A stretch of 64,000 bases of DNA from the NCBI GenBank assembly GCA_025360665.1, contig JANYBU010000288.1, positions 5,855 to 69,854 of the forward strand. Reading direction: 5' to 3'. Below, one piece after another: positions 44,316 to 52,239 of the stretch (its first letter is position 1; every line of letters starts with the position of its first letter). The stretch comes from Nitrospira sp. (GTDB taxonomy: Bacteria > Nitrospirota > Nitrospiria > Nitrospirales > Nitrospiraceae). A program made the translations under genes and the position numbers. The notes beneath the pieces were generated by a model. It had not been told where the DNA came from, made no database searches, and worked only from the letters and a program-made list of their open reading frames with translations.

Positions 44316-44341
44316 TCAAGAATTGTTGAAAGAGGCCGATA
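44316..44341 (+). promoter_or_regulatory. Sigma28 promoter upstream of csrA-fliW
   Basis: cCTCAAG-aattgttgaaagag-GCCGATAC (TCAA-N15-GCCGATA) starts 14 nt after the flgL stop, about 115 nt upstream of the csrA ATG. Confidence 0.65.
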
Positions 44342-44346
44342 CTATG

Positions 44347-44428
44347 TTCGCTGGCGTCGTTCGTTTTCTCGCGTTTCGGGTTGTTTGACGAACTAGAAAC
44401 AAGCAAATCGAAACTTGAAACGTGCAAG
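44347..44428. repeat. GTTTC/GAAAC heptad element within the predicted csrA 5' leader
   Basis: GGCGTCGTTCGTTTTCTCGCGTTTCGGGTTG ... GAACTAGAAACAAGCAAATCGAAACTTGAAACG. The left arm aligns with element B (51836-51870). The right arm carries GAAAC at 7-nt multiples. Confidence 0.55.
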
Positions 44429-44455
44429 CTGTGGCATTTGCCAGGGAAGGCATCA

Positions 44456-44701
44456 ATGTTGGTCCTTACGCGTCGGCGTGGAGAAGGCGTCACGATCGGC
44501 CCAACTATCCGGGTGGTCGTGCTCGGAATCAAGGGTGGCCAGATTCGTTTAGGGATCGAAGCGCCCCCTACGGTCGAGATCCATCGAGACGAAGTCTGTG
44601 CCAGAATTCAAGAAGAAAACCAATCGGCAGCCTGTACCGGGGTGGTTCCACTGGCTGCCTTCCGGCGTTTCCTGCCTACCGGGCGACGCTCAATTGCGTG
44701 A
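44456..44701 (+). CDS. csrA: Carbon storage regulator CsrA (flagellar-type)
   Basis: 81 aa from ATG 44456. MLVLTRRRGEGVTIGPTIRVVVLGIKGGQIRLGIEAPPTVEIHRDEV is the CsrA signature. The track start 44381 is an upstream extension. Confidence 0.95.
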   Translation: MLVLTRRRGEGVTIGPTIRVVVLGIKGGQIRLGIEAPPTVEIHRDEVCARIQEENQSAACTGVVPLAAFRRFLPTGRRSIA

Positions 44702-44710
44702 GGTACGATC

Positions 44711-45190
44711 ATGAAGTTTTCTTCGACTCGCTTCGGTGCACTTGAGGTGCCTGACAGCGCGATTCTGACCTTTCCCTCCGGCATCCTGGGATTTCCGGAC
44801 TGGAGCCGCTACGTCATTCTGGATTACGACACCGACGCGCCGTTCAAGTGGCTTCATTGTATTGAGGAATCAAGTCTGGCATTCGTCGTGCTCGATCCCG
44901 TCCTGTTCCATGCGAATTATCGGGTAGAGATCCCGGATGAAGTCTTGGCGGAAGTGAAGGGCACTGCTGCGGACGCTTTGACTCTGGCTGTCATTCTGAC
45001 CATTCCATCGGAGGATCCAGGCCGTATCACGGCAAATCTTCGCGGGCCACTCCTCATGAACCCCTCCACCAAGCTGTGTAAGCAGATGGTCCTCTCAGAC
45101 GAGTACCCAACCCGCTATCCGATTTTTGCCATGCCGAGTGTGCGCCAGTCCGTACAGACAGAGTCACGGTCCGAAGCCATTCCCGCCTAA
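44711..45190 (+). CDS. fliW: Flagellar assembly factor FliW (CsrA antagonist)
   Basis: 159 aa. FPSGILGFPDWSRYVILDYDTDAPFKWLHCIEESSLAFVVLDP... matches the FliW family. It is adjacent to csrA. Confidence 0.9.
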   Translation: MKFSSTRFGALEVPDSAILTFPSGILGFPDWSRYVILDYDTDAPFKWLHCIEESSLAFVVLDPVLFHANYRVEIPDEVLAEVKGTAADALTLAVILTIPSEDPGRITANLRGPLLMNPSTKLCKQMVLSDEYPTRYPIFAMPSVRQSVQTESRSEAIPA

Positions 45191-45194
45191 AAAT

Positions 45195-45317
45195 CCCTCG
45201 TGAAGCGTATCTCGTGAAACGCAGTTCGCGAACGACGTTTCAGGTTTCTAGTTTCTCGTTGTCGCGGAGGTAGAAACGCGCAACTCGAAACTTGCTCGAG
45301 AGATACGCTTCACGGGG
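45195..45317. repeat. ~120-nt palindromic element A (likely bidirectional terminator between fliW and the hybrid kinase)
   Basis: A perfect 15-bp outer stem, CGTGAAGCGTATCTC (45199-45213) with GAGATACGCTTCACG (45300-45314). Inner arms carry three tandem nnGTTTC heptads (45236-45256) facing GAAAC repeats (45273-45293). The element is flanked by AAAAA and TTTTT. Confidence 0.75.
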
Positions 45318-45320
45318 TTT

Positions 45321-48197
45321 TTATGCAGCGGGCCTTCTGGCGTCGCGTTGGCGCCTGCGCTGCGCTTCCAGAATCCGAACAAGGCGAAGCACCGCAGCCT
45401 CAAGCTGGGTGTAGATCATCGGGGCATCGAGCAGCGTGCCGAGCCGTCCGAGTGCTTCCAACTGGCCGGCGGCCAAGACGACTTCCGGTGCGCAGAGATT
45501 CCCGGCGGTGCCTTTCAAGAGGTGGGCGGCTTCTTCGATGGCCCGTTGATCTCTACTGGCCAAGGTGGCGCGGATGTTCTCCAACATGGGCTGATAGCGC
45601 TGGAGAAACAGACCAATCAGCTGGTCCAACAGCTCCCGATCGCCGCCGATGTTTCGTAACATCGTGGCCCTATCAAAGATCACCGGGATGGCTTCAGCGC
45701 TATGCTCTGCGTTGGGGTGTGTGGCAATGCCGTCATCCGTGGCCTGCGAATGCCTGGATACCGGAATCCATCGATCGAGGATTCCTTTGAGGTCTTCTTT
45801 TCGTAGGGGCTTCGTTAAATAATCGTCCATACCGGCGGCGAGACAGCGCTCTCGATCTCCTTGCATGGCATTGGCCGTCAACGCGATGATCGGAATATGG
45901 CGTGCCAGGGTCGAGTCGGCTGCGGCAGATTCCTGAGCGGTTGCTTCACGCTGGCGAATGAGTCTGGTCGCCTCGAATCCATCGACGAGCGGCATCTGAC
46001 AGTCCATCAGGACCACGGCATAGGAGCCACGGCCCAATGCGGCCAGCGCTTCTTGACCGTTTTCCACGACGTCCGATTGGTAGCCGAGTTTCTCTAACAT
46101 GCGAACGGTCAGTTTCTGATTGATGAGATTGTCTTCAGCCACCAGGACGCGCGGGGCCGACAGTGTTTCTGCGAGGGTATGCCGTGTGATGAGCAGGGGG
46201 GCAGGCGCGATAACCGCTCTTGGCTTCCCTTCATTCACAAGTCCTGACAATCCCAGCACGGTTCTCAAACAGTTCGAGAGTTGATCGTGGCGGACTGGTT
46301 TGGTGAGATACGCGACGAATCCGGCTTGGCGCGCCAGTTCCGCATGCCCTCGCTGAACGAGTGAGGTGAGGATCACGAGACGGATGAGCGATCCAACAGG
46401 ATGGGCCTTCAGTTCTTTGGCGAGTTGTAATCCATCCTTGCCTGGCATCAACATATCGACGATGGCCACATCATAGAACAAGCCGTTCTCCGCTCGCTGC
46501 TCGATCAGCGCCATGGCTGCGGTGGCATCTGGGGCTTGATCGTCGACCATGCCCCATCCTGTGACCAGGTGATGGACAATCATCCTGTTCGATTCATTGT
46601 CGTCTACGATTAGTACGCGACGTGCGGTCAAATCGGCCGACGGCACGATGGCCAAGGGGGACGTCGTTTGTTTGAGGAAGTGAGCGGTGCACCAGAATGT
46701 GCTGCCGTGACCCGATCGACTGGTGATGCCGACGCTGCCGCCCATTTGTTCGGTGAGCTGTTTCGAAATCGCGAGCCCTAAACCGGTGCCCCCGTATTTG
46801 CGGGACGTCGAACTATCAGCTTGGGTAAACGGTTGGAAGAGGCGAGCCTGCACCTCCGGGGGGATACCGATGCCGCTATCGGTGACTTCGAACCGGATGA
46901 CCACCGCGTCGGCCAAGTCCTTCTCTAGAAAGGCTTGAACCGTCACGTCGCCCTTTTCAGTAAACTTGATCGCATTGCCGACGAAGTTCGTGAGAATCTG
47001 ACGGAGTCGCCCCGGATCGCCGCGGAGACCGGTCGGTACGGACGCATGCACCAGGCCGGTGATTTCCAGTCCTTTGGTCTGCGCCCGCTCCGCAAATTGA
47101 CCCAAGACATTTTCCACCGTCGTGCGAAGATTGAAGTCGATACATTCCAGTTCCAGTTTGCCGGCTTCGATCTTGCCGTACTCAAGAATATCGTTAATCA
47201 AGTTCAGTAAGGCCTCGCCGCACTGTCGAATCGTTTCGATATAGGATTGTTGTTCCTCCGAAGGCTCCGTATCCATCAATAAGTCCGTCATCCCAATGAC
47301 TCCATTCATCGGCGTCCGCAACTCGTGGCTCACGGTCGCCAGGAACGACGCCTTCACGCGAGCGGCATCCTGTGCTTCCTGGAGCGCCTGATCCAATTGA
47401 CGGTTGTTGTTGCGAAGGTGCTCGGCTGCCCGGCACAGCTCCTCTTGGGCCGCCTTGACCTCGGTCATATCCACCGCATACCCTCGGACCAATTGATGAG
47501 AAGGGACTGGGCAGAAAATCCACGTGAAACTTGCCTGAGGTAAGCAGACGTCCTCCCCCCGTATTTCCTGTCCTGATTCGAGGCAGCGTTGAACGAGCAG
47601 CGACAGTTCACGAGGAACCACGGCGGGAAATCCATGGGTGTCGTAGCCAAACTGCTTCAGCAACTGCGTCATCGCAGGATTCGCATAGATGAGGCTCGCA
47701 TCGGCGTCCAACTCGATAACAGGGGAAGGACTTTCTTCCGCCACGCGCACTAGGCGGTCGCGATCTTGCTGCAGCTCTCTCTCGTGAGTCAGGTCACGTA
47801 TCATCAACACCCCACCGGTGTCTCCCTGTGTGTCCAGTGGGGCATAGGTCCATTCAACCGGATATGATTCGTGTGTGGGGCCTGTGAGCGTCGTCTGGGC
47901 TTTTTGTATGGGGAGACGATCGGGAAGGGACTCGTGAATGCGTGTCACGATGTTGTGGCCGGATGTCCCAGGTCGCTGTCGCAATACTTCTTGGAGCGGT
48001 TTCGATGCGCAGAACTCAGCCGAGTGTCCCACGAGGCGGGCGGCTTCAGCGTTCACAGACAAGATGCGAAGCCGACTATCGAGCAGCACCATCCCGATCG
48101 GGAGCCTATCCAGCGTCGCATGGTTCAGAAAGTTCTGGAGCTTGGATGATCTCGAAGGGCGAGATGCCCTGGTGCGAATCTTTGTTGGAGGTTTCAT
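45321..48197 (-). CDS. Hybrid sensor histidine kinase (PAS-HisKA-HATPase-REC-REC-HPt)
   Basis: 958 aa. PAS-like segments, H-box SHELRTPMNGVIG, HATPase (GGTGLGLAISK), two receivers (VAIVDMLMPGKDG; VVLMDCQMPLVDG) and a C-terminal HPt (AHLLKGTAGNL). Confidence 0.9.
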   Translation of the reverse strand: MKPPTKIRTRASRPSRSSKLQNFLNHATLDRLPIGMVLLDSRLRILSVNAEAARLVGHSAEFCASKPLQEVLRQRPGTSGHNIVTRIHESLPDRLPIQKAQTTLTGPTHESYPVEWTYAPLDTQGDTGGVLMIRDLTHERELQQDRDRLVRVAEESPSPVIELDADASLIYANPAMTQLLKQFGYDTHGFPAVVPRELSLLVQRCLESGQEIRGEDVCLPQASFTWIFCPVPSHQLVRGYAVDMTEVKAAQEELCRAAEHLRNNNRQLDQALQEAQDAARVKASFLATVSHELRTPMNGVIGMTDLLMDTEPSEEQQSYIETIRQCGEALLNLINDILEYGKIEAGKLELECIDFNLRTTVENVLGQFAERAQTKGLEITGLVHASVPTGLRGDPGRLRQILTNFVGNAIKFTEKGDVTVQAFLEKDLADAVVIRFEVTDSGIGIPPEVQARLFQPFTQADSSTSRKYGGTGLGLAISKQLTEQMGGSVGITSRSGHGSTFWCTAHFLKQTTSPLAIVPSADLTARRVLIVDDNESNRMIVHHLVTGWGMVDDQAPDATAAMALIEQRAENGLFYDVAIVDMLMPGKDGLQLAKELKAHPVGSLIRLVILTSLVQRGHAELARQAGFVAYLTKPVRHDQLSNCLRTVLGLSGLVNEGKPRAVIAPAPLLITRHTLAETLSAPRVLVAEDNLINQKLTVRMLEKLGYQSDVVENGQEALAALGRGSYAVVLMDCQMPLVDGFEATRLIRQREATAQESAAADSTLARHIPIIALTANAMQGDRERCLAAGMDDYLTKPLRKEDLKGILDRWIPVSRHSQATDDGIATHPNAEHSAEAIPVIFDRATMLRNIGGDRELLDQLIGLFLQRYQPMLENIRATLASRDQRAIEEAAHLLKGTAGNLCAPEVVLAAGQLEALGRLGTLLDAPMIYTQLEAAVLRLVRILEAQRRRQRDARRPAA

Positions 48198-49537
48198 CAG
48201 GCCGCCTCCTCGTGAATACCGTCAAGAAACATGGCCACATTCACTCGTTCATGAACGGGATCCAGCACCTTCGTGATGGTTCGCATTGAAGCCCCTGTTG
48301 CCTGGGCTCCAAGATCGACGCGAATCGGCGTGAGATACGATCCCCCCTGTGGCCCAGTGATCACTTTCACGACCGGCTTGAGCCGCTGCGTGTGATTCAT
48401 CCCCACGACCACCGCCTGTTCTGCCGTGTTCAACAGGACTAGACTGCCGATCGGATACACGCCAAGACTGCCAATCATGGCTTGGATCAAATCCTTTGCA
48501 TACTGCCCTGTATCCCCAAGACGAAACAGCTGTCGGATAGCATCATGCGGCAGCATCGCCGGACGCCCTCCACGGCGGCTCACCATGCCGTCATAGGCGT
48601 CTACCAGGCCGACCAGTTGTGACAAGACTGAGAGGGAGTCTCCCTGGAGCTTGTGCGGGAACCCGCTCCCATTGCTGCACTCATGATGTTCCGCGACAAT
48701 TCGAACGACTGCCTTACGGTCCTCTTTTGCCTCCCGTAAGATCGCCAGTCCCAGTACTGGATGCTGTTGCATGAGCGTGCGCTCTTGCTCCGTGAGATCA
48801 TGGCTTTTACGGTACAGATTCCGCGGCAATCGGATATAGCCGATGTCGTGCAGCAACGCGCCGGCGCCGAGCGCTTCCAGCTTTCCCTCCGCAACCCCAT
48901 AGGCATGCGCCACAATGAGCGAGAGGGTACAGACATCGAGTGCGTGTGAGGCCAACGTGCGATCGAACCGCTTCATCTTTTGGAGAGAGAGAAGACTGAG
49001 CATGGCGGCGCCATCATCCAGCACACGGGAGAGTACATTCGTGACGACCATTCGCAACGTATCTGGGCGAGGTACGATGCCCGCTTCTAACTCTTCAAAC
49101 ATGCGCTCCATCGAACAGGTCGCTTCTGTGTAGGTCGCTTGGGCGGCCGCGGCATGCATCTGTGCGTTCGACGGCGAAGGCGCCTCTTCCTGCGTGACAG
49201 GCTGCTGCCGCTGCGCTGTTGTTCTCTCTGCGCTGTAGGCTGGCTGAGGAGCCTCTTCTGACAAGGCCGGCTTCACCTCCAGGCTTGGTTGGGGGGTGGC
49301 GGCTGCGTCCTGAGCGCTCGACGATGGCGGCGTGTCGCCTGACGGGACTGGCTCGACATCGAAACCTTGGCTAGGGTCGATCTTCACCTCTTTGATGCCA
49401 TGTCGTCGGAGGAGATCAATGTCCTCCTGGTGGCGGATGAGGCGTTTATGGAAGAGGAAGGGGGTCCGATGCCAAGGCAGGTCCACCTCAACCATGAACA
49501 TCCCCGGTCTGAGTTGATCGATCGTGATCGTTTTCAT
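48197..49537 (-). CDS. HD-GYP-domain c-di-GMP phosphodiesterase-type protein
   Basis: 446 aa. LLHDIGY (HD) and EHHECSNGSGFPHKL (a GYP-motif variant). Its stop overlaps the start of the hybrid kinase in an ATGA arrangement. Confidence 0.85.
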   Translation of the reverse strand: MKTITIDQLRPGMFMVEVDLPWHRTPFLFHKRLIRHQEDIDLLRRHGIKEVKIDPSQGFDVEPVPSGDTPPSSSAQDAAATPQPSLEVKPALSEEAPQPAYSAERTTAQRQQPVTQEEAPSPSNAQMHAAAAQATYTEATCSMERMFEELEAGIVPRPDTLRMVVTNVLSRVLDDGAAMLSLLSLQKMKRFDRTLASHALDVCTLSLIVAHAYGVAEGKLEALGAGALLHDIGYIRLPRNLYRKSHDLTEQERTLMQQHPVLGLAILREAKEDRKAVVRIVAEHHECSNGSGFPHKLQGDSLSVLSQLVGLVDAYDGMVSRRGGRPAMLPHDAIRQLFRLGDTGQYAKDLIQAMIGSLGVYPIGSLVLLNTAEQAVVVGMNHTQRLKPVVKVITGPQGGSYLTPIRVDLGAQATGASMRTITKVLDPVHERVNVAMFLDGIHEEAA

Positions 49538-49636
49538 GTGTCGTATCTATGATGCCGAACGATGTGTGCGTATAGGACTGCTGAACAGACTGATTGCATG
49601 ACCCTCCCGTGAGAGCGAGAGTCCTGCTCACTGTGC

Positions 49637-49663
49637 TATCGGGATAAATAGGGCAGAACTTGA
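49637..49663 (-). promoter_or_regulatory. Sigma28-like promoter for the HD-GYP/hybrid-kinase operon
   Basis: The minus strand reads gGTCAAG-ttctgccctatttat-CCCGATAGC (TCAA-N16-CCCGATA), about 100 nt upstream of ATG 49537. Confidence 0.4.
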
Positions 49664-49731
49664 CCCAATTGAAGGGGATTCCAGCTCAACGTGCTGTGCT
49701 GGTTACCGTGACGCCGGCCCATCGTATCACC

Positions 49732-49757
49732 TCAAGATTCTCATCTCGGCACCGATA
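49732..49757 (+). promoter_or_regulatory. Sigma28-like promoter for the second HD-GYP/PilZ unit
   Basis: cCTCAAG-attctcatctcggc-ACCGATAGAG (TCAA-N15-ACCGATA). It is divergent from the minus-strand site at 49637-49663. Confidence 0.5.
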
Positions 49758-49835
49758 GAGTTCATCAGAACCCGTTGCTCTTTGATGAGACTCGGTGCCG
49801 CCGCTGTCCCGCATCCTCAGAGGACCATGCGAAAC

Positions 49836-51057
49836 ATGCGAAAACGGATTTCCATTGATCAGCTGAAAATCGGCATGAAGGTCGAGAAACTCGACCGCTC
49901 CTGGTTGGCTACGCCGTTCTTGCGTCATAAGTTCACGATTACGTCCTCAGAACAAATCGAGCAACTGCACGCCAGCGGTGTCCAACTACTTGATGTCGAT
50001 GCTGACGACGCATACCAGGACTCCGGCTCGTTCATACCAGCTATGGCAGCGGAGACTGAAACCCCTCAGCCGGCATCTCTACCCCTGGAGCCCGAACCGT
50101 CAGCCACCCGTTTGCCGAAGAGCTGCCCGCAGCACAACAGGCCTACAAGAGCGCTAAATTGATCATTCAACAGGCCATGGAAGACATCCGGATGGGTCGC
50201 GCGCTGAACATGGAGGCGGTCAGTGAAGTTGTCGGGAGCATGGCTGACAGCATCCTGCGCAGCCCTGACGCGCTCACCAGTCTGACGCGCCTCAAACAGT
50301 TCGACGAATACACCTTTTTTCACTCCGTCAACACCTCCATCCTGGCACTCTCGGTCGGGAGACATCTCGGGTATAGGCGCGCGCCACTGCTTCAGCTGGG
50401 AACCGGCATGTTGTTGCACGACATCGGTAAAACGCAAATCCCGATCGAGATTCTGAACAAGCTGGGGCGCTACGAGGCCGACGAGTTCGAGATCATGAAG
50501 CAACATGTCCTACGCGGGGCGGAGATCCTGTCGCACACCACCGGCCTCACCGATATGTTTCTGAAGCCCACCCTGGAGCATCATGAGCGGGTTGACGGGA
50601 CTGGGTACCCCCATCAACGATCCAGAACAGACCTCAGTCAGTTTGGCCGTATTGCCGCCATTGTGGACATTTATGATGCCGTGACGAGCGACCGTTGTTA
50701 TCACAAAGGGAAAACACCGCACGATACCCTTCAGATTCTCTATCAATTGGGTACTCGGGGCCATGTGGACGGAGAGCTGGTCCAACAGTTCGTGCAGGTC
50801 GTGGGGGTCTATCCCGTCGGTTCATGTGTCTCGCTCAATACGGGCGAGAGGGCGATCGTGAAGCAAGTCAATCACCACGCTCCACTACAACCCCTGGTCG
50901 TGCTGATCACGGATGAAGAGGAGCACGTGCGATCTAGCCCCGCGACCTCGACCTCGCCGCGCAGCTCCAAAAACCGAATCGGACAATCGCGTCGATTCTT
51001 GATCCAACCACCTTGGGGGTCAATCCTTGCCACTATCTTGATAAGGACGCCACATGA
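49836..51057 (+). pseudogene. HD-GYP paralog interrupted by two single-base frameshifts
   Basis: It consists of three colinear pieces in three reading frames.
- The N-terminus (MRKRISIDQLKIGMKVEKLDRSWLATPFLRHKF...) parallels the start of ORF 48197-49537.
- The HD-GYP core (LLHDIGK, LEHHERVDGTGYP) lies in the frame of ORF 50159-51199.
- The tail (PRDLDLAAQLQKPNRTIASILDPTTLGVNPCHYLDKDAT*) is in the third frame and parallels RVDLGAQATGASMRTITKVLDPVHERVNVAMFLD.
- The shifts lie within 50060-50105 and 50930-50945, both in C-runs. Confidence 0.75.
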
Positions 51058-51797
51058 CGGAACCAGAGTATGCCCCCGCACGTTCGTCGATTCTCATGGT
51101 CGGACTACCGCTCCAGCTGGTGATCGGGTCCGGCCAAGGCAAAGTGAACTGTGGATCCACATTGCTGGGCTGGAAAGAGAGGGCCTGGCTGATTTGTGAA
51201 TGGCCGTTTCATTTCGGGCAAGCCGTCCCCTGCGAAGCGGGCACTCGGTGTCTCGTTCGCTATCTGGTAGACGGTAAGCTCATCGGCTATGAAAGCGAAG
51301 TCTGCACCACCCAGACTTCTCCTGTCCCACTCCTGTATCTTGCGTTTCCGAAGACCGTCGAAGAAATCCACCTCCGTAAACATGTGCGCGTCCCCAGCAA
51401 TGAGCCGCTACTCCTGATACGTGTCGATGGGAGGGGGGCGGTCTGTGTCGATTCGAAGGGGGTTTCGACGATGGGCGGCCTCGTCCAGGACCTCAGTGTG
51501 GCTGGGTGTCGAGTGGTGTTTCAGCAATCGCGTCTCATCTTCCTCCTGGGCTCCACCGTCCACCTGGAATTCGAGTTGATCGGAATCGGGCACGTGAGCA
51601 ATCTCACCGGCGTGATCAAGAACGTGGCTGAACATGAGAATACGAAATCCATCGGCATCGAGTTTTGCTTCGATGGGAAGGAGTGCATCGAGTATCGCGG
51701 ATGGGGAGGTAGCGTACAGAAAGCCATTGAGCATGCCGTGCTGCAAAAGCAGCATACGCTCGACATGGCGCCCGATACGGTATCTGAATCACCCTAA
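51054..51797 (+). CDS. YcgR-like PilZ-domain c-di-GMP receptor
   Basis: 247 aa. RxxxR (LRKHVRV) and DxSxxG (DLSVAGC) PilZ motifs follow an N-terminal PilZN-like half. The ATG overlaps the frame-restored stop of the HD-GYP paralog (ATGA). Confidence 0.8.
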   Translation: MTEPEYAPARSSILMVGLPLQLVIGSGQGKVNCGSTLLGWKERAWLICEWPFHFGQAVPCEAGTRCLVRYLVDGKLIGYESEVCTTQTSPVPLLYLAFPKTVEEIHLRKHVRVPSNEPLLLIRVDGRGAVCVDSKGVSTMGGLVQDLSVAGCRVVFQQSRLIFLLGSTVHLEFELIGIGHVSNLTGVIKNVAEHENTKSIGIEFCFDGKECIEYRGWGGSVQKAIEHAVLQKQHTLDMAPDTVSESP

Positions 51798-51829
51798 CCT
51801 GAGTTCGGCAGCCTGGGAAGCTCGTCATC

Positions 51830-51948
51830 CGTGAAGCGTCGTTCCGTTCGTCGCCGTCGGTTTCGGGCTTGGAGTTTCCAGTTCCGAGTTTCAAGTTGTC
51901 GTGAAACAGCCTCTGAAACTCGGAACTTGCAACATGAAACGCTTCACG
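51830..51948. repeat. ~120-nt palindromic element B downstream of the PilZ gene
   Basis: Outer 10-bp stem CGTGAAGCGT (51830-51839) with ACGCTTCACG (51939-51948). Inner perfect 14-bp stem AGTTCCGAGTTTCA (51880-51893) with TGAAACTCGGAACT (51914-51927). Both arms carry heptad-spaced GTTYC/GRAAC. Confidence 0.75.
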
Positions 51949-52182
51949 TAGTTCCAGTTTCCCCGTGCGCCCCCTCGCCCGATCGCCGCATGTCCCGGAA
52001 TCATCTTGCCCGCTGACCGGAAATTTTTGCCTGGCAAGGCCAGCGTACAGCCGGCTATTCCGACAAAACCCCCGTCATCCACGCTGCCACAGGCTTCTGC
52101 CTGCGGCACGCGAATTGAACTCCGCGACATGTCTCTGGGCCGTGTTATTCGGGTGGTGACGAACCAAGATCATACCGGGCGC

Positions 52183-52208
52183 TCAAGTTTTTTTCAGGCT
52201 TGTCGATA
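52183..52208 (+). promoter_or_regulatory. Sigma28-like promoter at the head of the glycosylation island
   Basis: gCTCAAG-tttttttcaggctt-GTCGATAGAG (TCAA-N15-GTCGATA). It is strikingly similar to the flgM site, including TTTTCAGGCT in the spacer and GATAGAG. It lies about 30 nt before the first island ORF. Confidence 0.5.
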
Positions 52209-52239
52209 GAGTAATTACTCACTGTATGAATGGTGGCCC

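Noticed and set aside
50159-51199. Track ORF treated as an intact 346-aa HD-GYP gene overlapping the PilZ gene by 146 nt
   Set aside because: Its last ~85 residues (SPATSTSPRSSKNRIGQSRRFLIQPPWGS...) are out-of-frame read-through. The homologous tail is in another frame and ends at 51057, so the locus is called as a frameshifted gene instead.
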